From an uncultured Gammaproteobacteria bacterium (GTDB lineage: Bacteria; Patescibacteriota; Microgenomatia; UBA8517): a stretch of 64,000 nt of DNA. The notes beneath the pieces were generated by a model. That model had not been told where the DNA came from. It did not search any database and was given only the letters and a program-made list of their open reading frames with translations. Location: contig CAZYCE010000002.1 of assembly GCA_964645605.1 (NCBI GenBank), forward strand, positions 67,256 through 131,255, given 5' to 3'. This document shows, piece by piece, positions 26,583 to 36,041 of this stretch; the first letter of the stretch is position 1, and every line of letters starts with the position of its first letter. The translations under genes and the position numbers were made by a program.

Positions 26583-27311
26583 TTAGTGATGTCCTCCCAG
26601 GTGCTGATGCAGGGAAATATCTTCCCCGTAAAGCTTTTCCAAATTTTCTTTATTAACAACTTCCAGCGGAGGCCCGAAACTTATCTGTTCTTTATTCAGA
26701 CAAAGAACATTGTCGGCATGCTGATAAACTACTTGAAGCTCGTGAGAAATAAAAATAATTGTCAGGTCCTCGTCTTTTTTAAGTTTGTTAATGAGAGAAT
26801 AGACAGTTTCCTCGCCCGCCACGTCAACACCGGCAGTCGGCTCATCGAAAAGAAGAACGTTTGGATCCCCGAGGAGGGCATAGGCAATCATCACCCTTTG
26901 CAATTCACCCCCGGAAAGAACACCCATCGGGGTTTTCAAAACCCTGATATCATTGTGAAGGTGTTTAGCTTCTTCCAAAAAACCCACACATCTCATGGCC
27001 TTAATTATTTTTTCCCTATCTTTTTCTTTAAAATGCATAAACTCTTCGACAGTAAGCGGAAGGTCTTTGCCGATAGCAAGTTTTTGCGGAACGTAGCCTA
27101 TTCGTACATCTTTAGCCCAGGAAACGTCACCGGAATAGGGTATAAGACCCAGGATCGATCTGAAAAGCACCGATTTTCCGGCACCATTTGGGCCGATTAT
27201 TGCAAGCGTTGAGTCCCTTTTAACATCGAAGCTGATATTTTTGATTATTGTATGACCGTCAAATTCAACCGTTAGATTTAAAACTTTTAAAATCGGTTCC
27301 ATCATATTCAT
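26583..27311 (-). CDS. ABC transporter ATP-binding protein (metal uptake, ZnuC-like)
   Basis: 242 aa. Walker A GPNGAGKS, signature LSGGELQR, Walker B LLFDEPTAGVD. The C-terminus is His-rich (HQHLGGHH). Confidence 0.85.
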   Translation of the reverse strand: MNMMEPILKVLNLTVEFDGHTIIKNISFDVKRDSTLAIIGPNGAGKSVLFRSILGLIPYSGDVSWAKDVRIGYVPQKLAIGKDLPLTVEEFMHFKEKDREKIIKAMRCVGFLEEAKHLHNDIRVLKTPMGVLSGGELQRVMIAYALLGDPNVLLFDEPTAGVDVAGEETVYSLINKLKKDEDLTIIFISHELQVVYQHADNVLCLNKEQISFGPPLEVVNKENLEKLYGEDISLHQHLGGHH

Positions 27312-27853
27312 TCTAACATCCTTTTACCCACCCTGATGCTGGTAATTTGCCGCTCCATTACCTCTTCCAATTTCTCATCCGGAAATGACAGCTCTTTATC
27401 TTTCGGCCAAAAACCCAGAATTTTCAAAAGATCCGCAACAAACCTAATCCTTAATTCTTTCAGTTTTTTGCTGGTTTTTAGCTCTTCCATGGAATTTGTA
27501 AGAAGTTCGTATACCTCAGCCGATCCGCTGCCCTCACGGGCAATTTTTGCAGTTACTTCCATAAAATAATAAGCAAGCGATACCTTATTCATTGATTTGC
27601 GGATCCTGCCATAACTGTCAATTGTATCGGCCTCCGTCATTATCCCAATCCCCGACCCGTCTGTCGCCTGAAAGTTAATCTTACTGAAAATTTCCAGGTG
27701 TCCTCTTTTACGGCTTCCCGGGCGTCTTACCCCTTTAGCAATCAGGGAAATTTTGCCTTTATCTTTGGAAAATATATCGATAATCCTATCCGCCTCGCCA
27801 AAATTCCTACGTGCCAAAATAAAACCTTCTGAAGTAAATGAATGAGGGATCAT
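27308..27853 (-). CDS. recO: DNA repair protein RecO
   Basis: 181 aa. EGFILARRNFGEADRIIDIFSKDKGKISLIAKGVRR is the RecO N-terminal OB fold. The protein is a short form. Confidence 0.75.
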   Translation of the reverse strand: MIPHSFTSEGFILARRNFGEADRIIDIFSKDKGKISLIAKGVRRPGSRKRGHLEIFSKINFQATDGSGIGIMTEADTIDSYGRIRKSMNKVSLAYYFMEVTAKIAREGSGSAEVYELLTNSMEELKTSKKLKELRIRFVADLLKILGFWPKDKELSFPDEKLEEVMERQITSIRVGKRMLE

Positions 27854-27890
27854 GGAAGCATTCTACAATCTTTAGTCCATTATCTACAAT

Positions 27891-29885
27891 CTATAATTCA
27901 ATTTTAATTTCCTTGTCGGTTGTTAATTTGAATTCCTCCATGTGTTTGCCAAGATTTATTGTATATAAAAATCCGTCGGTTCCGGGCTGTTTTTGAATAA
28001 GCATTTTATACTGACCGGACACTTTGAACGGAAGTTTATATTTGAAAGTGACTTTCGAAACTCCCTCCGGCCTTAGCTGGAAGTATCCCGCAAATACGGT
28101 CTTGCCCAAGTCCTCATATGGATCGGCTGTTGCATCAAGTCCTTCGGAAGTAATAAGTTCGCTGCCTTTGGGAACGTAAACCCTAACCCATGTCGGAAGG
28201 ACCGAATTAAGCCAACCATCCTGCTTTTCAGGATTTTGGTATGTAATGGTTACGGTTTTTGTAACACTTCCGTCCCCGGCAATTTGAATATCTTGTTCAA
28301 CATTTTCATAGGCGTAAAGGTTGGACTTTCTCCCTCCAAGATTTGCATCGTTTACATGCAGGTAGTCCCCTTCATAAGTCTGATTTATGGTTCCGCCAAG
28401 ACCAAAATCGGCCACGGCTTTTTGAACTTCGTCATCCAAAAGATAGAAAAGTACATGCTTTTCCGATACGGATTTGAATCCTGCTTCCAAAAGACCCGGG
28501 ATTTTTTCTTTCGGCTGTCCCATGGCGTTGGCTAAAATCGAGTTCATTAAAGGTCCTATTATTTTCTTCCTATTATCCGAATTCGGAGGACTTTGAATAA
28601 TTTTTCCGGTTATCGGATCCCATATAACTGGACCTTCAACGTCTGCAAAAGATTCCAGTTCATAAATTACCTGAGGACAATTACATTTAGGCTCTATTGC
28701 CGTACTAAAATTTCCGTACCCGGGAACACCGATTGCACCGATCACATTCAGGATATTTACCAAAAGCTGTGTATCAACGGCTATTACACCGTCAATCTCA
28801 GAAATTCCTGCTTTCTGAGCTGCAGGAATCACCGTCTCCATACTGACGGCAAAGTCGGGAGACCAGTTCATATCCCTAAGTCTCCATTTCTGCGAAAGTA
28901 TGTAAGGACCTTTTATATAGCGAATGATAGGCGCAGGCGCCTGAATTACCGGCTTATAGGCAGCATCGAGTGAGTAAATGTCGTTGCTTGAAACTGCACT
29001 GACTTTCGCTTTATCAACTTTCAATAAAGCATAAGCCGTCATAAAACCGCCCGTGGGGCGAAGTTCCTTATCGTTTTGAAACATAACTAAATAGGTTCTC
29101 GGAGAATCAACCCCCAAAAGATATTGGACCGATTCCAAAAAAGGTTTCCCATTAACCAAAAATACCGATACCTTGCTTATCAAGTCTTCGGCATTTTTAA
29201 GCTGAGACCTGACGGCAATTCCTTTTATCGTTTCCGGATATCGGTCGGGATTTATCTGAGAGACTTCGTCTTGAACAATTTTAATCTTTGCAGATATCCC
29301 GTCTATTTGAGACGCAAGATCCGGAATTGTTTTAACAATAAAATCAATTCTATCCTGAGCAGTCTCTTCGCCGGTTGTAGCCGCCAGTACTGCCGTCCCG
29401 TTTGTGAAACCAAGTAAATCGGAATACGGCTCTATAACCGTAAGTACCAAATTGCCCGCATCAAGCCCGGCTTGTCCGGCCACAACTGCATGGCCTCCGT
29501 CGGCGATATAGGATCCCACAAAAGGAAGGAATTTTTCCCAAGATATTAATTTATAGTTGGAGGCTACTCCATCCAGAGATCTTTTGGTATTTGTAATTTC
29601 CGTTTTTATCTTTCCTAAATCTTGAGTTTTTGCAGCAGCCGAAAGCGCCTCAACGCTATCCACAAGCTTCAGACCTTTTTGATAAATCAAAAAACCGGAA
29701 ACAGCATTATAAAGTAGGAAGACCAGGATAAAACCAAGAACACCCAAAACTATCTTTACCCACGTCTTTTTGGGTTTAACCGGTAATTTTACAGTCTGTG
29801 GATTTTTTTCCTCCGGCATCGGGGATGGACCCGCAACTTTTTCGGTAACATCGATTTTTGGAACAAGAATAGAGGATTCCTCCAT
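27891..29885 (-). CDS. Large membrane-anchored extracellular protein (DUF4012-like, tentative)
   Basis: 664 aa. An N-terminal TM (IVLGVLGFILVFLL) is followed by a long extracytoplasmic domain. It lies adjacent to the initiating glycosyltransferase gene. Confidence 0.5.
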   Translation of the reverse strand: MEESSILVPKIDVTEKVAGPSPMPEEKNPQTVKLPVKPKKTWVKIVLGVLGFILVFLLYNAVSGFLIYQKGLKLVDSVEALSAAAKTQDLGKIKTEITNTKRSLDGVASNYKLISWEKFLPFVGSYIADGGHAVVAGQAGLDAGNLVLTVIEPYSDLLGFTNGTAVLAATTGEETAQDRIDFIVKTIPDLASQIDGISAKIKIVQDEVSQINPDRYPETIKGIAVRSQLKNAEDLISKVSVFLVNGKPFLESVQYLLGVDSPRTYLVMFQNDKELRPTGGFMTAYALLKVDKAKVSAVSSNDIYSLDAAYKPVIQAPAPIIRYIKGPYILSQKWRLRDMNWSPDFAVSMETVIPAAQKAGISEIDGVIAVDTQLLVNILNVIGAIGVPGYGNFSTAIEPKCNCPQVIYELESFADVEGPVIWDPITGKIIQSPPNSDNRKKIIGPLMNSILANAMGQPKEKIPGLLEAGFKSVSEKHVLFYLLDDEVQKAVADFGLGGTINQTYEGDYLHVNDANLGGRKSNLYAYENVEQDIQIAGDGSVTKTVTITYQNPEKQDGWLNSVLPTWVRVYVPKGSELITSEGLDATADPYEDLGKTVFAGYFQLRPEGVSKVTFKYKLPFKVSGQYKMLIQKQPGTDGFLYTINLGKHMEEFKLTTDKEIKIEL

Positions 29886-29904
29886 GGGTTAATAATACTA
29901 TAAA

Positions 29905-30582
29905 TCAGACAGCTCCGACACCACTAATCATAGCAAATGGGGTTTTTATGAGAATAGTCAGATCCATCAATAAAGATTTTTTCTGAGCGTAATTTGCATC
30001 CATTTCGATTCTTTTATCAAAATTTATATTGCTTCTGCCGGATACCTGCCAATATCCTGTTATTCCCGGTTTGACGGTCTGTGTTTGAACAACAAACTTT
30101 TCAGTTCCGGGGTATCTTTTCTGCTGCTCCGTAAGTTCGTCTGCATGATAAGGACGGGGTCCCACCATACTCATATCTCCTTTGAGAACATTGAAAAATT
30201 GAGGAGTCTCGTCTATCGAATATTTGCGGATAAATTTGCCGAATTTTGTAACACGCGGGTCTTCGTGAAGTTTAAAACTTGATCTTTTATACTCGTTATA
30301 TAGTTTTTTAAATCTGGGGTCTTTAGTTAAAAGGTAATCTGCATTGACAGGCATTGAGCGGAATTTATAAAGCCTGAAAACTTTGCCCCCTTTTCCAATT
30401 CTTTTCATATGTTTATTGGTTTTTTCCACAAGAACCGGTCCCGGGGATGTAAATTTAATAATGATTGCCGTCAAAAGCATTATTGGAGAAAAAACAATGA
30501 TAAGTATTATTGCTAAAACAATATCGATCACTCTTTTTGTTATTTCGTATAGCATAATTTCAGAGAAGTTCTGATCTTGCAC
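29905..30582 (-). CDS. Initiating polyprenyl-phosphate phosphoglycosyl transferase (small monotopic PGT, WbaP/PglC-like)
   Basis: 225 aa. KRVIDIVLAIILIIVFSPIMLLTAIIIK (re-entrant helix), SMVGPRP and GITGYWQV are bacterial sugar transferase family motifs. Confidence 0.8.
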   Translation of the reverse strand: MQDQNFSEIMLYEITKRVIDIVLAIILIIVFSPIMLLTAIIIKFTSPGPVLVEKTNKHMKRIGKGGKVFRLYKFRSMPVNADYLLTKDPRFKKLYNEYKRSSFKLHEDPRVTKFGKFIRKYSIDETPQFFNVLKGDMSMVGPRPYHADELTEQQKRYPGTEKFVVQTQTVKPGITGYWQVSGRSNINFDKRIEMDANYAQKKSLLMDLTILIKTPFAMISGVGAV

Positions 30583-31714
30583 CTTCCTTCAGCTTCTCTA
30601 CTACCTTCTTTACGGCCTGTGCGTGGCTTTTGGAACAAACCAAAAGCGCGTCTTTCGTATCGACAATTACAACATTATCAAGCCCGACAACAGCAATCAT
30701 TCTTCCATCGGAATGAACCAAAGTGTCTGTCGTATCAAAGGTCATAACCTCTCCACCCGGTTCATCCCCCGATATAACAACATTGCTTTTATTGTCTTTT
30801 TTAGAATTCGCCCAAACCTCCCGCCAATCACCAATATCCGTCCAGAAAAAGTCCCCCGCAACCACCGCAAAGTTTTTCTCCTTTTCACTTATGGCATAAT
30901 CAACCGAAATCGACGGCATTTTTTGATACTCGGATACTAAAAATTCGGCTTCATCGGATTTACCGATATGTGGTTTTATTTCTTGAAGATTTTTATAAAT
31001 CTCGGGTTGGTGTTTTTTATAAGCATTCAAAAGATCATCTACCCTCCAGACGTATTGCCCTGCATTCCAAAGATATTTTCCCGAAGCTGTATACTTTTTG
31101 GCAAGTTCGATAGGTGGCTTTTCCTCAAACTTTTCAAGTTTATAAAAATCCACATTCCCGGCAACTTTTAACTTATCTCCTTTTTTGATATGTCCCAAAC
31201 CCGTGTGGGGATAGCGGGGTTCAACCCCCATTGCCACGAGTACGTGGTTTTCATAAGCCCACTTTGCAGCTGCCATTATAGTTTCCAAATATCTGGGAAT
31301 CGGCTTAACCAGTCTGTCTGCCGCTTCGGTCATAATAACGGCATCCGGATCTTTTGATTCAATAAAAAGCGCCCCGACTGCGTGGGCCGGGCCCGTCTCA
31401 CGCCTGGCCGGTTCCACAATAATATTTTCTTTGGGAAGAGCCGGAACCTCTCTGACTATCTCACGCTTATAATCTTCCGAGACGGTAATAATAAATATTT
31501 TCTCCATCGGAAGGACCTCAGCAAAGCGCTTAACAGCCACCTGGGTTAAAGTATCGTGATCAAAAAGTTTTAAAAATTGTTTCGGAGTTTTTTGTCTGGA
31601 TCTGGGCCAAAGTCTGGTTCCTCCCCCCCCTGCCAAAATTAATGCATAGAGATGATCTTTGTAATTGCCATTTTCCATTTTTTGCATTTTAGACAAAAAA
31701 TTAAAAACTTTCAC
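30560..31714 (-). CDS. manC: Mannose-1-phosphate guanylyltransferase
   Basis: 384 aa. LILAGGGGTRLWPRSRQKTPKQF is the GMP-type nucleotidyltransferase N-terminus. Confidence 0.75.
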   Translation of the reverse strand: MKVFNFLSKMQKMENGNYKDHLYALILAGGGGTRLWPRSRQKTPKQFLKLFDHDTLTQVAVKRFAEVLPMEKIFIITVSEDYKREIVREVPALPKENIIVEPARRETGPAHAVGALFIESKDPDAVIMTEAADRLVKPIPRYLETIMAAAKWAYENHVLVAMGVEPRYPHTGLGHIKKGDKLKVAGNVDFYKLEKFEEKPPIELAKKYTASGKYLWNAGQYVWRVDDLLNAYKKHQPEIYKNLQEIKPHIGKSDEAEFLVSEYQKMPSISVDYAISEKEKNFAVVAGDFFWTDIGDWREVWANSKKDNKSNVVISGDEPGGEVMTFDTTDTLVHSDGRMIAVVGLDNVVIVDTKDALLVCSKSHAQAVKKVVEKLKEGARSELL

Positions 31715-31724
31715 TGGTTAATAA

Positions 31725-32810
31725 TTAGTGTATCACCTTTTTGGTTAAGTCAAGAAACTCTTTTTTAAACCGGGACTTCGAAAATCTGCGTGCATTATGA
31801 ACAATTACTTCTTTACGGAATTTCATTTTATTGAATTTCAATATGGCGGAACATAAACTTTTAACGTTTTGTCTATCAAAAAATATTCCGGTTTTTCCAT
31901 CTACCACAGTATCTTCCGCTCCACCTTTTCGGTAAGCAATTACGGGAACTCCGTAGCTTTGTGCCTCTACCGCAACGATACCGAAATCTTCCTCTTGGGG
32001 CATTATTAAAGCCTTAGCGCCTGAATAATAAGTCTTCAATTTTTCTTCACTGACTTTTCCCGCAAATTCGATATTTATGCCTGCAATCCTTTTTAATTTT
32101 TCTTCCTCCCTCCCTGTTCCAACAATAATTAACGGAAAACCAAGCTTATTAAAAGCCTTGATGGCCAGATCAACTTTTTTATAACCATAATCCAATCTTG
32201 AAACCAGAAGGAAATACTTCCCTTTTATAGGTTTGGGATTTGTAATTTGGAATTTTTCCATATTTACCGGCGGAAAAATTATTTCCGAATTGCGTTTGTA
32301 ATATTTTTTGATTCGTTTTTGAACCGCTTTCGAAATTGCAATCATTCTGTCCGGATTTTGGGCAGCTTTCCTATCCCAGATTCTCAACAGTTTAACCGCA
32401 GGCCAGCCGGTAATCTTCAGAGGTAGCCATTTAAAATATTCCTTATATCCGCTCCAAAGATAACGAGTTGGGGTAAGACAATAACAAACATGCTTTGTTT
32501 TTCCGAAGGTTTTAATTCCCTTGGCAGATTCGGAAGTAACGGAAATAACCAGATCGTACTTTGAAAAATCGAAACTTCTAAAAACGAACGGCATAAAAAT
32601 CGGTAAAAATTCGTGGTTGGATTTTGTAAAAGGCAACTTTTGCAAAAATGATGTAACAACTGCCGGAAATACTTTTGCCCAAGGGGCACCTTTCGGATCA
32701 TAAACCGATGTGTAAAGCGGGGCTTTAGGAAAAATTTCGTGAAGGGCAAGAAGAACACGTTCAGCTCCTCCCCATTTATTAACTCTGTCGTAGACTATTG
32801 CAACTTGCAT
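31725..32810 (-). CDS. Glycosyltransferase family 4 (GT-B)
   Basis: 361 aa. The C-terminal EEDFGIVAVEAQSYGVPVIA has the E-x7-E motif. Confidence 0.75.
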   Translation of the reverse strand: MQVAIVYDRVNKWGGAERVLLALHEIFPKAPLYTSVYDPKGAPWAKVFPAVVTSFLQKLPFTKSNHEFLPIFMPFVFRSFDFSKYDLVISVTSESAKGIKTFGKTKHVCYCLTPTRYLWSGYKEYFKWLPLKITGWPAVKLLRIWDRKAAQNPDRMIAISKAVQKRIKKYYKRNSEIIFPPVNMEKFQITNPKPIKGKYFLLVSRLDYGYKKVDLAIKAFNKLGFPLIIVGTGREEEKLKRIAGINIEFAGKVSEEKLKTYYSGAKALIMPQEEDFGIVAVEAQSYGVPVIAYRKGGAEDTVVDGKTGIFFDRQNVKSLCSAILKFNKMKFRKEVIVHNARRFSKSRFKKEFLDLTKKVIH

Positions 32811-33900
32811 AAATTTTTAAAGTTTCTTCCGCCATTTTAGCCCAAGAATATTTATTTACAAACTTGGCGGAATTTTGAATTCTTATTTGGCGTTCGGACT
32901 TGTCCAGACTGAGCGCCGTCTCCATCGCTTTTTCTATAGAAAGAGGGTCTATCGGGTCAAAATATAGAGCGTTGTCTTCATATATTTCCTTAAAAACAGG
33001 AATATTTGATGCTAAAAGAAGCGTTCCCGAAGCCATTGCCTCAATCCCGGGAAGCCCGAAGCCCTCCGATAAGGAAGGAAATATAAATCCGACGGAATTT
33101 CTAAAAAGTGTCCCCAATTTGTTGTCGGGTACAAAACCAAGCATTCTGACAAAATTTTCGACCCCAGCCTCCGAAATTAATTTTTCAATTCTCTGAGTAA
33201 AAACATTCCTCGATGATGCAATTGCCAAAAAAACCTTCTGTTCACTTTTTGTGTTCAGTAATTTAATCGCTTTAATTAAATTACTTAGGTTTTTGTGAGG
33301 ATAGGCATTTCCTGTATAAACAAAATAAGGTTTAAGCATTTCAATTGAGGACTCGCTTGTCACTTTTCTATCAAAACCTTCATATGTTACCTTGATTTTA
33401 TCCGGATTAATCTTATATTTTCCCAGTATTTCTTGTCTGACAGTCATTGTGGGTACAATAACGGCAATTGATTTTCTTACGGCATTATCAAAGACCACTC
33501 TATATCCCAATCTTTTAATAAAATATAGAGGTGCCGGAAGAGTCGTTGCGGCAAGCCCCACGCTCTTGTGCATTAACATATCGTGTATCGTTACAACAAA
33601 TTTTCCACGGAAAAAATACGGTACATTGAAGTGGGGAAAATGGGTCAGATCCGGTTTCTCTTTATTAATTATTCTCGGAATTTTTAATTGCTCGGCAAAG
33701 CTGTAATGTCGAAAATCTGCCAGTACTTTTTTCCAATTTCCCGGAAGTGCCAACTCCTGAAAGTACCTTTTCCTTAGAAGAATTACATATTCATTTTTTG
33801 AATCGGTTTTCGAAAGTTCTCCGACAAGGTTAATTATGTATCTTCCAATCCCCGCGTTCTCGAGCCCGTAAAGCCGTGCATCTATTAATATTTTCATCAA
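32779..33900 (-). CDS. Glycosyltransferase family 4 (GT-B)
   Basis: 373 aa. SEGFGLPGIEAMASGTLLL. Confidence 0.75.
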   Translation of the reverse strand: MMKILIDARLYGLENAGIGRYIINLVGELSKTDSKNEYVILLRKRYFQELALPGNWKKVLADFRHYSFAEQLKIPRIINKEKPDLTHFPHFNVPYFFRGKFVVTIHDMLMHKSVGLAATTLPAPLYFIKRLGYRVVFDNAVRKSIAVIVPTMTVRQEILGKYKINPDKIKVTYEGFDRKVTSESSIEMLKPYFVYTGNAYPHKNLSNLIKAIKLLNTKSEQKVFLAIASSRNVFTQRIEKLISEAGVENFVRMLGFVPDNKLGTLFRNSVGFIFPSLSEGFGLPGIEAMASGTLLLASNIPVFKEIYEDNALYFDPIDPLSIEKAMETALSLDKSERQIRIQNSAKFVNKYSWAKMAEETLKIYASCNSLRQS

Positions 33901-34832
33901 TATGAAGAAAGTACCGCAACCCTTATATATCGTAAAATAGTGAACATTTTTATTCCGAATATCACAAAATAATCAAAAATCCTCGGATAGTTATTCCAAA
34001 GATTTTTCCTGAAAAATCTTTCCATTGAGGCAACTCCCGCCAGACGTAGTTTCTTCCTTTGTTGAGGAGAGACTTTATATTTCCATTTTTCAACCTTGCC
34101 CTTGGTGACTCCTTTAAGATGGGTCACCGTAACCTCCGGATAATAAATAATCTTATATCCTGCTTTATGAATTTGGTAACAAAGATCTATATCTTCTCCG
34201 TCAAAAAAATATTTTTCATCAAACCAGCCAACTTTATCCAATATCTTCTTCCATGTTAAAAAGAATGCGCCCTGAATTACTTCTACCTCGTGAGTTTCCC
34301 GTTCGGGTACATCTTCGTACCAATAATTCTTATTGATCCCAAGTGCCAAGTGTTCAAATGCAATTTTGGGTGTGGGAAAACGCCGTCTGACATCTTTATC
34401 CATCTGTCCATTCGGTAAAACCAGCTTACAGGTTAGTGCCCCCACATCGGGATGCTCTTTTAAATATTGCACTGTTTTTGCAAAAACATCTTTATGAACT
34501 ACCGTATCGGGGTTTAAGAAAAGCACCATTTTACCTTCAACCAAACCTTTTGCCCTATTATTTCCCTTAGAAAAACCCTCGTTAGGCCCTTCCGTATATT
34601 TTACCCATGGAAACTTTTTTTTGACCATTTCAGGGCTCCCGTCGGTTGAGGAATTATCTGAAACAATCACCTCAAGGGGTACCTCGTCCATATATTTCTT
34701 AACCGAGTTAAGACAATCTTCCAAAAGTTCTTTTGTGTTGTAGTTAAGAATTATTACCGATAGTTCTGGTTTTTTCATAAAGACCCTCCAGATATTCTCC
34801 CATTTTATACCAGCTAAACTTTTCCTCAACAA
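33897..34832 (-). CDS. Glycosyltransferase family 2 (GT-A)
   Basis: 311 aa. LSVIILNYNTKELL and DNSSTDGS are present, with a DxD-type core. Confidence 0.75.
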   Translation of the reverse strand: MLRKSLAGIKWENIWRVFMKKPELSVIILNYNTKELLEDCLNSVKKYMDEVPLEVIVSDNSSTDGSPEMVKKKFPWVKYTEGPNEGFSKGNNRAKGLVEGKMVLFLNPDTVVHKDVFAKTVQYLKEHPDVGALTCKLVLPNGQMDKDVRRRFPTPKIAFEHLALGINKNYWYEDVPERETHEVEVIQGAFFLTWKKILDKVGWFDEKYFFDGEDIDLCYQIHKAGYKIIYYPEVTVTHLKGVTKGKVEKWKYKVSPQQRKKLRLAGVASMERFFRKNLWNNYPRIFDYFVIFGIKMFTILRYIRVAVLSSY

Positions 34833-35955
34833 GTTTTCTTGCGTTTACGGCAATGTTTTCGGCCAACTTATCGTCACTTAGCACTTTTAGGGTCGCTTCA
34901 GCGATTTCCTCGGGAGTGTTTTTAACAATAATATCTTTGCCGTCGGTTGCCGCAAGTCCTTCGGCTCCAACCGAAGTGGTCACAAGCGGAAGCCCCGCCG
35001 CCATTGCAGCTAAATGCTTCAACCGTGTTCCTCCCGGCCCTCTAAGAGGAGACACAAATACCGATGAGTTGTAATAAGCATTTCTTATACCTTCCTGATC
35101 GTCCTCCTTCAAATCGTCTATTATTATGTCGCCGGATCTGAAAGCCAATATTTCTTCAGGGATATGCTGTCCAACGACCCACATTTTGGCTTTTGGGTTT
35201 TTGGCATGGACTTTCGGAAAAACTTCCCTCAAAAGAAGTTCCGCTGCCTCAACATTTTGAAGCCATTTAAAATTGGCAATAAAGAGAATTCTGGGTGAAT
35301 CGGTTCCCCAGGAAGTTTTCTGCTTGAAAAATGAAAGGTTTACCCCGTTAGGGACAAGGTCTACTTTCAGATCATTCACGAGTTTATGCATTTCCTTTTT
35401 ATCAGATTCCGAAACGGCTACCACCCTGTCGGCCTTTTTCCAAAAGTTTGTTTCCCAGAACTTCAGTTTGGCAACATCAATTGCCAAAAGGGCGCGAAGC
35501 ATGGGATTTTTAGTCCCTTCCATATAATGTTTATAAACCAGATATTCGATGGTTTGCTCAACGAGGAGAATGGGAATTTTTGTCTCGGGAATATGAGGCA
35601 TTACATAAAACGTTTCTGCGTGTATTAGGTCATAATGCTCGCTTGCTACCTCTTCCTGTATGGCTTTTTTCTCTTGTGGGGAAAGGTTTCGTATGACCAA
35701 AAACGGGTACGGTCCAAATCCCGTCAGAAGTATGTTTCTCAAAGTCCATGGGGATTTAGATCTTTTGAACACTTTTACCTTATAACAATACTTTTGCAGC
35801 TCAGGAATGAACTTTCTTTCGGAATCGTCTTTGATAAGAGAGAAAAGAGTTATTTTATGCTTTTTGCTTAAGCCTTTTATCAAATTATAGGAACGAATCT
35901 GTCCTCCGGAAGAATCCGGAAAAGGCAGATAGGGAGTTAGCATCAATATCTTCAT
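34744..35955 (-). CDS. Glycosyltransferase family 4 (GT-B)
   Basis: 403 aa. KILMLTPYLPFPDSSGGQIR and a C-terminal GT-B domain. Confidence 0.75.
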   Translation of the reverse strand: MKILMLTPYLPFPDSSGGQIRSYNLIKGLSKKHKITLFSLIKDDSERKFIPELQKYCYKVKVFKRSKSPWTLRNILLTGFGPYPFLVIRNLSPQEKKAIQEEVASEHYDLIHAETFYVMPHIPETKIPILLVEQTIEYLVYKHYMEGTKNPMLRALLAIDVAKLKFWETNFWKKADRVVAVSESDKKEMHKLVNDLKVDLVPNGVNLSFFKQKTSWGTDSPRILFIANFKWLQNVEAAELLLREVFPKVHAKNPKAKMWVVGQHIPEEILAFRSGDIIIDDLKEDDQEGIRNAYYNSSVFVSPLRGPGGTRLKHLAAMAAGLPLVTTSVGAEGLAATDGKDIIVKNTPEEIAEATLKVLSDDKLAENIAVNARKLVEEKFSWYKMGEYLEGLYEKTRTIGNNS

Positions 35956-36041
35956 CCCGTTAGAAATTCATACGCTATCGAGTGATCGTTTGAACTTTCC
36001 AAATTACTGTTTTTGATAATATTTTTAACGGGATTCATTCT

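Noticed and set aside
26367-27212. 281-aa plus-strand ORF spanning the ZnuC/ZnuB-like genes
   Set aside because: It is entirely antisense to two well-supported ABC transporter genes and low-complexity in translation. It is a shadow ORF.
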